Assembly: GCA_951406725.2 (NCBI GenBank)
Contig: OX597824.1
Coordinates: 22,444,001 to 22,508,000, forward strand
Reading direction: 5' to 3'
Source of the DNA: Octopus vulgaris
Taxonomy: Eukaryota
Length of the DNA: 64,000 bases
The position numbers and the translations under genes are program-made. Below the pieces are notes generated by a model. It did not search any database, was not told the DNA's origin, and worked only from the letters and a program-made list of their open reading frames with translations. Positions 37,118-50,445 of the stretch are shown one piece after another. Every line of letters begins with the position of its first letter. Position 1 is the stretch's first letter.

Positions 37118-37199
37118 TTTTGGTGAATAGATAATGACAAAGCCAGCTGTGGTGATGACTACTAGCTGTTTGTGTCAAGGTAGGTCAAAGACAGGTCAA

Positions 37200-39420
37200 A
37201 AAACATCATATGTGTGTGTTGTTTGTAGTGTGTGTGTGCGTGTGTGTGTTCGTGTGTGTATGCGTAGAGTGTGGGTGTGTGGCGTAACCCTAGTACGTGT
37301 GTGGTTGTACGTGCGTGTGTGTGTGTGTAGGGGGATGTATATGTGGGTTCATTTGTGTGAGAGTGTATGTATGTGCGTGTATGTGTGCGTTTGTATGTGT
37401 TTGTGTGTATGTGTGCGTGCGCGGATGGGTGTATATTGTGTATGTATATCTGTCGGTGTGTATGTGAGTTTGTGTGTGTTTGTACGCGTGTATGTGTGTG
37501 TGAGTGTATAGTATATATATATATGTAAATGTGTGTGTGTGTGCGTGTGTGTGTACGTGTGTGCGAGTGAATGTATGTATATATGTGTGCGTGTGTGTTG
37601 TGTACAATGTAGGGGCTTATATGTGTGTTTATATGTGAGTGTGTATGTATGTGTGTATGTGTGTGTATGTATATATATGCATGTGTGTATGTATGTGTGT
37701 ATGTGTATGTGTGTATGCATGCGTGTGTGTATGTATGTATGTGTGTGTGTGTGTATGTGTGTGTGTATGTATGTGTGTGTTTGTGTGTATGTGTGTGTGT
37801 ATGTATGTATGTACGTACGTATGTATGTATGTGTGTGTGTATGTATGTATGTACGTATGTGTGTATGTATGTATTTTTGCATGCGTGTATGTGCGTGTGT
37901 GTACATATGTATGTTTATGTATGTGCGTGTATGTATGTAGTGTATGTATGTGTGTGTGTATGTATGTATGTGTGCATGCGTGTATGTGTGCATGTGTGTG
38001 TGTTTGTATGTATGTATATATATGTGTGTGTATGTGTGTGTGTATGTATGTATATGTGTGTGTATGTATGTATTTGTGTGTATGTATGTATCTATGTATG
38101 TATGTGTGTTTGTATGTGTGTATATATTATGTATGTGTGTATGCATATGTGTATGTGTGTGTATGTGTGTATGTATGTGTATGTATGTATGGATGGGTGT
38201 ATGTGTGTAAGTGTGTGTGTGTATGTGTATGTGTATGTATGTATATGTACGCGTGTGTGTATGTATGTATGTGTGTATAGTATGTGTGTGTGTGTATGTA
38301 TGTATGTGTGCATGCGTGTATGTGTGCATGTGTGTGTCTGTATGTATGTATGTATATGTATGTGTGTGTGTATGTATATATGTGTCAATGTATGTATGTG
38401 TGTATGTATGTGTGTATGTGTGTGTGTATGTATGTGTATGTATGTAAGTGTGTGTGTATGTATGTGTGTATGTATGTGTGTGTGTATGTATGTGTATATA
38501 TGTATGTATGTGTGCATGCGTGTATGTGTGTATGTGCGTGTGTGTACGTATGTGTGTATATGTATGTGTGTGTATGTATGTATATGTATGTATGTGTGTA
38601 TGCATATATGCATGTGTGTATGTGTGTGTGTATGTATGTGTGTATTTGTGTATGTGTGTGTGTATGTATGTATGTATATGTATGTGTGTGTATGTGTTTG
38701 TGTGTATGTGTGTGTATGTATGTTTGTGTGTATGTGTGTATCTGTGTATGTATGTGTGTGTGTATGTATGTATGTGTGTGTGTACGTGTGTGTATGTATG
38801 CATGTATGTATGTGTGCGTGCGTGTGTGTGTGGGTATGTGTGTGTATGTATGTGTGTATGTATATGTATGTGTGTGTATGTATGTATGTGTGTATGTATG
38901 TGTGTGTGAATGTATGTATGTGTGCATATGTGTATGTATGTGTGTATGTATTTTTTGTGTGTATGTATGTGTGTGTATGTATGTATGTGTGTGTGTATGT
39001 ATGTATGAATGTATGTATGTATGTATGAATGTATGTATGTATGTGTGCGTGTGTATGTATGTATGTATGTATGAATGTATCTATGTATGTATTATGTGTG
39101 TGTACGTATGTATGTGTGTGTGTGAATGTATACGTGTGGGTGGGTTTGGAGTTGTGTGGGCGTAAGGTACATGTGCATGTGTGCGCTTATGTGCGTGTAT
39201 CTGTGCGTCCCAGCTAGGTGTTTATAGGAGTGTGCGTATCTGTATGAGTATTGTCCCTGGTGTGTGTGCACGGGCATGTGTGTGTGTGCACGTGGGTGTG
39301 TGTGTGTGGGGGGGTGTATGGGTGTGGAAGTATGTGTGCGTACATGTGCATGTACGTTGTGTGTGTGTGGTGTGTTGGGAGTAGGTGTGTTCGTGGGTAC
39401 GTGAGTATGTGTGTGTGACT
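37200..39420. repeat. Compound (TG)n/(TATG)n microsatellite tract within the Penelope 3' region
   Basis: Direct reading; the first ~700 bp recur in the other pseudo-LTR. Confidence 0.95.
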
Positions 39421-39531
39421 GCATAAGGACAATTGTAAAAATTTTAAAAAATTAAAAATAAATAATAATTAATAAACAAAAAATAAAAAATAAAAAATAA
39501 AAGATGCGGGGGGAGAAGTGGAGCGCAGTCA

Positions 39532-42395
39532 CTAAGAGGAGGGAGCTGTGTTGAGTCCGTGTGGGGTTAGAGTCCGTAGAAGGAATATGAACCGTTGTTC
39601 CAAGTGAAGCCTAGATTGGGGAGAGCCGTTGTGTGGGGCAAGACCAAACACCGAGATGTCATCGGGGGAATGGCTGGCTGAGCGGAAGTGCCGTGCGACG
39701 GGAGAATTGGAAAATAGACGAACATCCCGCAGATGCTCGGTGAGTCGGTCTGACAACCGGCGTCCCGTCTGTCCTATATACAGCATCCTGCAGCGGTTGC
39801 ATTTTATGCAGTATATGAGTCCAGACGAGGTGCACGTAAAGGAATACCCGATACGTACAGTTCGCCGGTTGGAACCGGTGACAGCAGTGGTGTTGGTGAT
39901 GAAGAGGCAGGTGTTGCAGCGGGATCTGGAGCATGGGAAGGATCCGAGTGGGGCCGAGGGGGAAGAAGGGAGGGTGCTACGGACCAGGAGGTCGCGTAGA
40001 TTCCGGGCTCGTTTGAAGGAGGACAGGGGTGGGTTGGGGAAAATGGGGTGGGTCGTGGAATCGAGCTGGAGACGACGGAAGGCACGAAGTATCTTCCGAC
40101 GAAGGGGTAGAGTAGAGGGGTGGAAAAGGAGGGGAAAGGGGGTGCGGTTGGGGGGTGGGTGATTGGAAGGAGAAAGGGCGGTGGTGCGGTCGATGCGACG
40201 AGCGCGGGCGAGGGCGTTCAAGACCAGGGTAGGTGGGTATCCTCGAAGCCTGAACAGGCGGGCCAGGTATTGAGACTGGGTCTCGAAATCCTGGTCGCGG
40301 CTGCACAAGCGTCGGAGGCGGAGGAACTGGGAGTAGGGGATAGCCCGTTTGGTGTGGAAGGGATGGGAGGAGGAGAAGTTGAGATAGAGGTGGGAATCCG
40401 TGGGTTTGAAGAAGGCGGAGGTGGTGAGAGAGTGGGAGGGGTGGTCGATGCTGAGTGAGATATCTAGGAAGTTAACGGAAGTATTGGATATGGTGGAAGT
40501 GAATTGTAGAGAGGGGTGGAAGTTAGAGAGGAAAGAGATGAAGTGGCAGAGTTGTTCGCGGGAAAGGGAGGTGGCGCCTATACAGTCGTCTATGTAACGA
40601 CCGTATAGTTCTGGGGTCGGCCCGGAGAATTGGGAGAATACTTGGGCCTCAATGTAGCAAACAAAGAGATTGGCGAAATTGGGACCCATTCTCGTTCCCA
40701 TCGCGACCCCGGACACCTGTTGGTACTTTTCCCCGGCGAACGTGAAACAGTTGAGGGTTAGGACGAGCTCTGCCAGGCGGAGGAGGGTGGGGGTGCTAGG
40801 AGTGGGGTCGGGGCGACGGTCGAGGAAGTGTTGGAGAGCTAGGAGACCGTCGTTGTGGGGAATCACCGTATACAGTGATTTGATGTCAAGGGTGAAGAGG
40901 AGGTGAGAGGGGCTGGAAGGGAAGGAAAAGGAATTGAAGAGACGGAGGGTGTGGTTGGTATCATGTATGTTGGAAGGGAGGGCTTTGACTAAAGGGGACA
41001 GGATGCAGTCGAGGTATAGGGAAATGTGTTCAGTAGGGCAATTACAGGCGGAAACAATGGGGCGGCCAGGCGTATTGGGCTTATGAATTTTGGGAAGGAA
41101 ATAGATGGTGGAGGTGCGGAGTGTGCGGACGATGAGGTTGGTGGCGGTGGGGGGGAGAGCAGAAGAAGAGATGAGATCGCGGATAGTGGAGGCCACTCGC
41201 TGTTGGTAGGAAGAGGTGGGATCAGAGGGGAGGAGGCGATAGAAGAGGGGATTTTGAAGCTGGCTGAGTGCTTCCTCCCTGTAGAGATCCGCGCGCCATA
41301 CCACCACTGCTCCGCCTTTGTCCGCCGATTTGATGACAATGTCATTGCGGCGACGGAGGTGGCGAAGGGCAACCAATTCAGCCTGTGTGAGGTTGTCTCG
41401 GAGAGGTCTTTCTTTAAAATCAAACTGGTTTACCAACGCGTTGCAGTCGTTCACAGACGAGTCTAGGCTACTGAATTGGCCCGGGGGCGGCGTCCAGTTT
41501 GATGGGCGGCGCCCCAGCTCCAAAGAGCAATCCTGATTATCGTGACGCTGCGGAGACGCGTGGTAGAAGGCGCAAAGTTTGAGGCGGCGCAGGAACTGGT
41601 TGACGTCCGTCCGAGTCTCGAATTCGTCACAGTGGCGCGTGAGAGGCGTGAAGCGGAGTCCCTTACTGAGGAGAGAGCGCTCGGCTGCAGAGAGGGGGAG
41701 ATTGGGGGGGTATAGTGACAACAGTGCGAGGAAGCGGGGTGGTGGGATGAGTGGGGTCGGGAAGAGGGGGTGCAGAGGTGTGGGGTGGTTAGGTGAAGTG
41801 GGGGTAGGCGTAGAAAGGTCAGGGTGGGGTGTGTGTTGGTCCGTGGAGGGGGAAGGGGGAGGGGTGGAGATAATCGGGGGAGCTGGAGGGGAGGAAGAGG
41901 AGGATGTGGAGGAGAGGGGAGAGGAAGGAGGTGAAGGTTTGAGGAGGTGGTGGAGTTTTTGTTTTTTGTGTGTGTGAGGAAATTATGAAGCTGGTGGTTG
42001 AGATTAAGAATGAAGCGGAGAATAGGTTGGGTGAAGAGTGGAGGGCAGAGGGAGGAGAGAAGAAGGTAAGCTTGGGGAAGTAGGTGGTCAAAGGAGTGGA
42101 GAAGAGAGCGGATGGAACGGATGGTAGCACGGATGAGGAGGCGTGAAGTGCGGGCGAGGGTGGGTTCGATGAAGGGGGAGGAATAGGGGGTGGCGTGGAA
42201 CTTCAAGAGGAAACCACGGGGTGTGACCTGATAGCGGAGGCAACGGCTGAGGAAGGAGAGATGGCTAGAGTGGCGAGTTTTTTTTAAAAAGTAAGTGAGA
42301 GAGTTTTTTTGCGGGTTCTAAGCATTGGGGGGGGGAGCGAGAAAGCGGCTAAGAAGGGATTGAAGGTGTTGGACGAACGAGTGCAAGTCAGGCAT
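39532..42395 (-). CDS. Penelope-like polyprotein (RT + GIY-YIG endonuclease); N-terminal part frameshifted
   Basis: ADKGGAVVV, LPKIHK, RPIVS, LDIKSLYT, GVAMGT, RYIDD, FLDI; Cys linker CSRSRCNTC; LIYCIKC..C..LYIGQT.R..RLTEH; open 39532-41721; ATG at 42395 with shifts near homopolymer runs. Confidence 0.92.
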
Positions 42396-42790
42396 GTTGT
42401 GAAGTGGTGAAGGTGTATGTAGGTGTAAGTGGTGGTGATGACACAAGTGGAAGAATGGAGGTGGAAGAAGAAAGGTAAAGAAGGAAAAAGGAAAAATACA
42501 GGGAGATAAGTTCAGGAAAAGAGTTCAGGAGAAAGTTAAATAAGAGTCACGGACAGATTTTTTTGATTTCCAATCACGAGTTCAGTGGCGTACTCCGGAA
42601 GGATGGTAACAGTAATCCGTAGGTGTAAAAATCCAGGAATTGGTATCCAAGGCGCTCGGTATCCGTGTGAGCGTGCGGTATATAAAGTTAATCCAAACAA
42701 GAAAACACAGAAAAAAAGAAAAAAACACAGCAACGCAGGACGTGGAACAATTAAAGTATTATTTGACGCTCAGGAAAGAAGGGAAGGAGG

Positions 42791-42825
42791 GTTTAACGTT
42801 TCGAGCAGAGCTCTTCGTCGGAAAC
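42791..42825 (-). ncRNA. Minimal hammerhead motif (CCGACGA core) in the 5' pseudo-LTR
   Basis: Same as 36901-36935 except for one loop base. Confidence 0.7.
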
Positions 42826-43435
42826 AAGGAGAAGGAAAGATCTCAAGGAGGGAAGACAGAGGAGACAATATTTGAGCTGGTGGTGCTTAAGAGATCACAT
42901 GTTGAAAAGAACAGAATTTGGAGGTAGTTGAAAAATGGTTTTATAATGCAAGAGAGTTCCAAAAAAAGGGAATGCCTGTGTGTGTGTGTGTGTGTGTGTG
43001 TGTGCAAGATGACAAGTGTGTTTGTGCGTGCGTGTGTGTGTGTATATTTTTGGTGAATAGATAATGACAAAGCCAGCTGTGGTGATGACTACTAGCTGTT
43101 TGTGTCAAGGTAGGTCAAGGACAAGTCAAAAAACATCATATGTGTGTGTTGTTTGTAGTGTGTGTGTGTGTGTGTGTGTGTGTTCGTGTGTGTATGCGTA
43201 GAGTGTGGGTGTGTGGCGTAACCCTAGTACGTGTGTGCTTGTACGTGCGTGTGTGTGTGTAGGGAGATGTATATGTGGGTTCATTTGTGTGAGAGTGTAT
43301 GTATGTGCGTGTATGTGTGCGTTTGTATGTGTTTGTGTGTATGTGTGCGTGCGCGGATGGGTGTATATTGTGTATGTATATCTGTCGGTGTGTATGTGAG
43401 TTTGTGTGTGTTTGTACGCGTGTATGTGTGTGTGA

Positions 43436-43471
<36 letters not shown>

Positions 43472-43474
<3 letters not shown>

Positions 43475-43849
43475 CGCAGGAGTGGCTGTGTGGTAAGTAG
43501 CTTGCTAACCAACCACACGGTTGCGGGTTCAGTCCCACTGAGTGGCATCTTGGGCAAGTGTCTTCTGCTATAGCCCCGGGCCGACCAATGCCTTGTGAGT
43601 GGATTTGGTAGACGGAAACTGAAAGAAGCCTGTCGTATATATGTATATATATATATGTTTGTATGTGTGTGTTTGTGTGTCTGTGTTTGTCCCCCTAGCA
43701 TTGCTTGACAACCGATGCTGGTGTGTTTACGTCCCCGTCACTTAGCGGTTCGGCAAAAAGAGACCGATAGAATAAGTACTAAAAGGTGGTGCTCCAGCAT
43801 GGCCGCAGTCAAATGACTGAAACAAGTAAAAGAGTAAAGAGTAAAGAGT
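43472..43849 (+). mobile_element. SINE family A inserted in the Penelope 5' pseudo-LTR
   Basis: Absent at the equivalent TA tract (~37510-37523) of the other repeat. Confidence 0.9.
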
Positions 43850-44059
43850 ATATGTAAATGTGTGTGTGTGTGTGCGTGTGTGTACGAGTGAATGTATGTA
43901 TATATGTGTGCGTGTGTGTAGGGGCTTATATGTGTGTTTATATGTGTGTGTGTGTATGTATGTGTGTATGTGTGTGTATGTGTATGTATGTATGTATATA
44001 TATGCGTGTGTGTATGTATGTATGTGTGTGTATGCATGCGTGTGTGTATGTATGTATGT

Positions 44060-44100
<41 letters not shown>

Positions 44101-44179
44101 TGTGTATGTATGTATGTATGTACGTATGTGTGTATGTATGTATTTTTGCATGCGTGTATGTGTGTATGTGCGTATGTAC

Positions 44180-44211
<32 letters not shown>

Positions 44212-44877
44212 GTACATATATATATATATTTATACATATACATATATGTACATATATATACATATATATATATATATACATGTATGTACGTATGTATGTA
44301 TGTATGTATGTAGGCATGTGTGTGTGTGTGCTTGTGTGTCTGTGTTTGTCTCCCAACATCACTTGACAACCGCCGGTGGTGTGTCTACATTGCTGTAACT
44401 TAGTGGTTCAGCAAAAGAGACCGACAGAGTAAGTACTAGGCTTACAAATAATAAATCCTGGGGTTAATTTGTTTGACTAAAGGCGGTGCTCCAGCATGGC
44501 TGCAGTCAAATGACTGAAACAAATGAAAAATAAAGAAAAAATAATAGAAAGATAGGTAGAGACAGTAAGAGAAGAAATTGAGGATTGGCATTAAGGATGA
44601 AATAAGGCACATAAGAATATAGTGTATAAAATAACCAAGAAGATAAATAGATAAATAAATATATATGGATAAATAAGAAGAGAGTAGCAGGAGGAGGAGG
44701 TAAAGGAAAATAACGTAAAAAAAACCCCAAAATATAATAAAAAGAAAGGAATTCAAAGAGAAGAGTACGCTCATACCACCATGGGAAGATTGAGCAGAGA
44801 TTAAAAATAATTTTGGTTTTGAAAAATTTAGTTTGTATTACCACTAGCTACTGTAATCTATACTATAATAATATAAT

Positions 44878-44918
<41 letters not shown>

Positions 44919-45057
44919 GAGATAGAAGGAGGGAGAGAGGGGGAGAGCAGCGAGTAATCTAATTTCAATGAGGCTGTATTGACTCATGATCTTAAAAATG
45001 ATCCTGTTGAAATAAACATTGTGTGTGATCAAATGTAGGGAGGACTTTTAAAAAATT

Positions 45058-45221
45058 ACGCTGGAGTGGCTGAGTGGTAAGTAGCTTGCTTACCAACCAC
45101 ATGGTTCTGGGTTCAGTTCCACTGCATGGTACCTTGGGCAAGTGTCTTCTACTATAGCCTCGGGCCGACCAAAGCCTTGTGAGTGGATTTGGTAGACGGA
45201 AACTGAAAGAAGCCCATCGTA

Positions 45222-45222
<1 letters not shown>
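45058..45222 (+). mobile_element. SINE family A 5' half (3' halves at 46170-46385 and 46845-47072)
   Basis: Ends at (TA)n, followed by a Helitron. Confidence 0.8.
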
Positions 45223-45275
<53 letters not shown>

Positions 45276-45276
<1 letters not shown>

Positions 45277-45669
45277 TAGCAGTATCACCCGGCGTTGCTC
45301 GGGTTTGTAAGGGAAATAATTATATAAGCATTTTTAGAGATGTAAAGTATAATAGCCATCTCAATATGGCTAACCACAAAGGGGGAGGGGTGTTACTGTA
45401 GCTTTTTACGTTCTGAGATTTAATAATAAATTTTAGAGAGTTACTTCCCTTATATATGTCAAAAATGGATTAAAAATGGGAAAAATTGATGGTAAATTTT
45501 TTTTAAATCGTAGACTCATCGTAGACGCGCGCTAATACCCAGACGGTCTCGATATGAATCACGACTATAAGATACCCGCTTTTAGTTAAACTGCACCGCA
45601 AAATGTGGGAGTAGTTAGGAATCTAAATCGTAGGAGACAGACACACAACCTCACTTTTATATATAAAGA
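45276..45669 (-). mobile_element. Non-autonomous Helitron
   Basis: Minus strand 5'-TC(TTTATATATAAAA), 3' hairpin CCCGAGCAACGCCGGG and CTAG end, between A and T. Confidence 0.85.
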
Positions 45670-45831
45670 TTTCCTCTATTTACATAATATTGAGGGCTCT
45701 TTCTTTCTTTTGTTATCTTACTGTTTTTACCAATATACATATATATATATATATAAATATATATATAGTTACAGAGATGTACTTGCATAGCAAGTGACTT
45801 GATCTGAGATCGTGTGCTGGAACGAAAACAG

Positions 45832-46090
45832 TTGCAGCGTTGAAGGTGTTTATAAGCCATTTAAGAAACACACAAAAAGCGTTAGATTCACTTCAACATT
45901 TAAATTTAATTTGTCAAAATATTTTCGTCACTTTGAGACCGCGACCTGTTAGCACGATATTTTTGTCAGTGAACAGGTCGCGGTCTGAAAGCGACGAAAA
46001 TATTTTGGCAAATTAAATTTAAATGTTGAAGTGAATGTAACGGTTTTTGTGTGTTTCTTAAATGGCTTACAAACACCTTCCACGCTGCAA
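45832..46090. repeat. ~119-bp-arm inverted repeat
   Basis: Arms 45832-45950 and 45972-46090; same family as 5972-6184. Confidence 0.9.
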
Positions 46091-46108
46091 TATATATATA
46101 CACACATA

Positions 46109-46139
<31 letters not shown>

Positions 46140-47529
46140 GTGTATATGTGTATGCATGTATGTGTGTGTGTGCGTGTCTGTGCTTGTGATTGTCCTCCAC
46201 CACTGCTTGACAACGAATGTTGGTTTGTTTACACCCCTGTCACCTAGTGGTTTGACAAAGGAAACAGATAGAATAAGCACAATGCTTACAAAAATAAAAC
46301 TGGAGTTGATTCATTAAACTACAATTCTTCAAGGCATTGCCCCAGCATGGCCACAGACCAATGGCTGGAAAAAGCAGAAGAATAAAAGAATACATTCTCT
46401 GCTTTGGTCTTATGTTCACCCTCACACACACACACACGCACACACACACACACACTCACACACACGCACGTTAGCTTACAATTTTATTTATATATTTGCT
46501 TGTCTATGTGTTGGAGGAAGTGGGAGGCAGAGTGAAAGAATCACTCACTACAGTAAGTGAATTACTTTCGTTTTATTCGTTGCCCACTGTGTGTGTGCGT
46601 TTGCGTGTGGTGTAAACCAGACTAAGAAAAGCATTTGACACACACACCAGAATGTGAGTTTTCTGTAAATTTTGCTTAATTGGAGTTTAAATTTTAAAAA
46701 CTGGACCTGGCATGACGCGATGCATTGTACTCTTAAAACTGCTAGGTAAATTGTAATTGAAGAAATCCTATATTGTAGATTTGTATAACTCCCAAAGGGA
46801 GGCAGATAAAATCTGCCTTTTATAATAAGAGATGTACATGTGTGTGTATATGTTTGTGTATCTGTGTTTGTCCCTCCCAACTTCGCTTGACAACTGATGC
46901 TGGTGTGTTTACATCCCTGTAACTTGGTGGTTTGGTAAAAAAAAAAGACCGATAGAATAAGTACTAGGCTTAAAAAGAATAAGTCCTGGGGTCGATTTGC
47001 TCGACTAAAGGTGGTGCTCCAGCATGGCCACAGTCAAATGACTGAAACAAGTAAAAGAGTAAAAGAGTAAAGATTCGCTATACTAACTAGCAAGCTTTTA
47101 CTGAAAGCAAGAATAAGTAGAAGAATAAGAGTGTATGTGTATCTAAAAAAATTATGCGATGTGATACATGACTATTCTACTCAAAGGAACTTCAGCTGTG
47201 AAGAGGTGCCCAGTAAACGGGCAAATATGGCATTTTTATTATTATTAATAGTTTAGTCTTAAAAAGTTTGTAAAAGTATATACAGCCACGAAAAATGTCA
47301 TAAAACATTGTGGATGATATTTATGATTCTGTGAATAAGTGGTGGTTTCCACGAACAATCAATAGTTCCATGAATAACCAGGACCATGAATGCCGAACCG
47401 CAAATAAGCAGGGGTACACTGTATATATATATATATATATCTAATATAGGATAGAATTTTTCGAAAAAAATTCTGTCAATGGCCAGCATATTAAAAAATA
47501 CCTTTAAAGGTTAAATTTATAAACAATTT

Positions 47530-47680
47530 ATAAGTAAGGGCAAAAGGAAAAATTTCTAATGCCAAAATATGCCGAAATGAATGAAATAAACACGATATGA
47601 AAATATGCCGAAAATGGACACTACGTAGTGTCCATTTTCGGCATATTTTGGCATTAGAAATTTTTCCTTTTGCACTTACT

Positions 47681-47685
<5 letters not shown>
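47530..47685. repeat. Inverted repeat with central perfect palindrome
   Basis: AAAATATGCCGAAAATGGACACTAC|GTAGTGTCCATTTTCGGCATATTTT plus outer arms. Confidence 0.85.
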
Positions 47686-47746
<61 letters not shown>

Positions 47747-49593
47747 TATTTATTTATTTATTTATTTATTTATACTAGCAGAAAGACTGCTCGGAGGGAG
47801 CCACTTGATAATATTTTCATATTTGATATCCAATTCTAATAATTTTTATATTGATTTCATTATTTTATCATTCATAGTCTCTCTTTTTTAAACAAATATC
47901 AGGGTAGTCCAACAACAGAAGGAAAAGCAGTTTGTAAAGTTTTACCTTCCCCTCAAAGCAACATAGAGATTTCAATTTATCAGCACGTGTGTAAGTTTTG
48001 CAGTGTTTGTGTGAGTGTGTGAGAGAGAGGAGAGCATTGCAAACAATGAATGAAATAAACACGATATGAAAATATTGTATAAATAAAGGGCATTACTACA
48101 GATCTATACACCCTCGACTTTGTTGCCTCACAACATCCAGAAAAATGGTTACTTTTTAACAAAATTTTCTAAAAATACTGCTTAGATGTTGTGGCTTCAG
48201 AGGGAGTGGAGAGAGAGGAATTTCGGAAAATTCGCATGATCTGACTTTTTTTCCCTTGCAACTTTCTGGAAAATGGGTATCTTTTGATGAAAGTTTATGC
48301 AAATCCCTTCCAAATGGTATAGATTACGATTATAAAGAAATTTGTGGGGAAAATATTTGGGAGGATTTTTACCTGTTTTTTTTTTTTTTTCTTAAATGAC
48401 AGCCTTTGAAATGATGGGGTTGGTGAGGGGGGGGCATCTTTGTATCAAAAAAATGTTTTGAAAACTCTTTTTTTTTTACAACCCCCTCCCTCATCATCCC
48501 ACTCCAGACCTATTTTGGCCAAATCTTTTGCATTTCAAAATCATGGGAAGAGCATTTTCGGCAAAAAAAATCAATATTTTCAGAGAGTGAAGTGAATGAT
48601 TTAAGGGCGATTTCGCTGTTGTTTCTAGCACATCCAAAGACAACCCTCCTTGTTTCTTACATGTATTAATGTTTTTCAATATCACCCCCTAAATACATTT
48701 ATATGCTAAAAAAAGAAAATTTGAGAAATCATGAATTTTTTGCAACCCCACTCTCTGCCCCTGATTGTTTCTGTTTAGAAATTAAAATATTGGAGAGCCT
48801 GAGAAGGCTATTGCTGGCATTTATCCACAGTGATTTAAAAAGAAGTTATCTAAATGATAATTCATTTTAATATCATAGAAAATGCTTTTTCTTACACACA
48901 CATATGACTTTGCTTGATTGAGGTTGGGTTAAAAATTTTGATTACAATTTATTTTGTTGCTATAGTCCACCAATGGACCACGTGCGTGTTACTTTGGCAT
49001 CATCATCCCATAAAATTTGTCTAATAGGAGAAAATTATTCAAAAAACATCAACATATGTGAGAGTGAAAAGGGAAGGTGGCTTAGGTTGTGCTGGAAACA
49101 ACAGCGAAACCTCCTTTGAATTATTCACCCTTTCCACTGAAAATATTTACAATTTATTTTCTATTTTTTAATTTATTATTATTTTTTTTCTTTTTACCAA
49201 AAATGGTTTTTAAGTTAAAAAAGAAAATGGGTAAAATTGGTCTGGATAGTTATTATTGTAAGGCTTATAGCATTCCAAACAGCCATAACAACGAAATCAC
49301 TTTTAAATTTTTTTACAAAAATTATATGGGCATTTAAATAAAATTTAATTCAATAAATAATGTTTTTACATTATGTATACAATAATAGAATAAACAGTCA
49401 GTTTTCCAAATAGGGAATTAAAACTTGAAATGAAAACATTGAAAGAGAAACTGAGAGACTTCACTAATGAAAATGGAATACACCGCAGTGAATGTAAGGA
49501 ATGTTTAAATTTGTGAAGAATTGGATGCAGTGAATGCAATGAATACCTAAATTTGCAAGAAATTGGAGTTAAACAATTCAATAAACTTGAGAA

Positions 49594-49621
<28 letters not shown>

Positions 49622-49624
<3 letters not shown>

Positions 49625-49917
49625 CCGATGCCAGCACCGCCTCGACTGGCCTCCGTGCCGGTGGCACGTAAAATACACCAATCCGACCGTGGCCGTTGCC
49701 AGCCTCGCCTGGCACCTGTGCAGGTGGCACGTAAAAAGCACCCACTACACTCACGGAATGGTTGGCGTTAGGAAGGGCATCCAGCTGTAGAAACATTGCC
49801 AGATAAGACTGGAGCCTGGTGCAGACTTCTGGCTTCCCAGATCCCCGGTCGAACCGTCCAACCCATGCTAGCATGGAGAACGGACGTTAAACGATGATGA
49901 TGATGATGATGATGATG

Positions 49918-49919
<2 letters not shown>
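49622..49919 (+). mobile_element. RTE 3'UTR fragment with (GAT)n tail
   Basis: Matches 28850-29111. Confidence 0.85.
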
Positions 49920-50013
<94 letters not shown>

Positions 50014-50445
50014 TTACATATATATATACATATATACATATATATATATATACATATATATATATACATATATATATACATACATATATATATACAAACA
50101 TATATATATATGTATATACACACACACACATATAATATATATATGTGTGTGTGTGTGTGTGTGTATGCCTATAATAGGCTCAGTATTAATAGTGGAACTA
50201 TTAAAGTGAAAGTATTTGAGAGAGATGTTGTTTCACTTTCGACACGTAATACTGAAATAGTGGAAGAGATAAAAGATTGCTCTGGGCTCACATTAGGCAA
50301 AAGGTTGAAAATTGTTTTGGCCCATGACACTACATGGAGCCTAAATAAGGCATGTGTAAAATTTGAATGAAATCAGTTGTGTAGTTCTTGAGTTTTAGGG
50401 ATTCACACAGACAGGCAGACACACATTCTCATCTTTATATATATA

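Larger units (their letters stand above)
36786..44170 (-). mobile_element. Near full-length Penelope-like element (Neptune-like) with direct pseudo-LTRs
   Basis: Direct repeats 36786-~37900 and 42687-~44170 (the latter interrupted by a SINE) flank an RT + GIY-YIG ORF; hammerhead motif in each repeat. Confidence 0.92.
35991..44530 (+). mobile_element. SINE family A apparently split by ~8 kb of Penelope-type insertions
   Basis: 5' half 35991-36152 ends at (TA)n; an orphan 3' half at 44315-44530 follows (TA)n. Confidence 0.6.

Noticed and set aside
37349-39165. Long ORFs (up to 484 aa) rich in H/T/Y/I or C/V/M/Y
   Set aside because: Translations of TG/TATG microsatellite that lack stop codons by composition; the same applies to ORFs at 8826-9343, 43738-44398, 49868-50131 and 57018-57930
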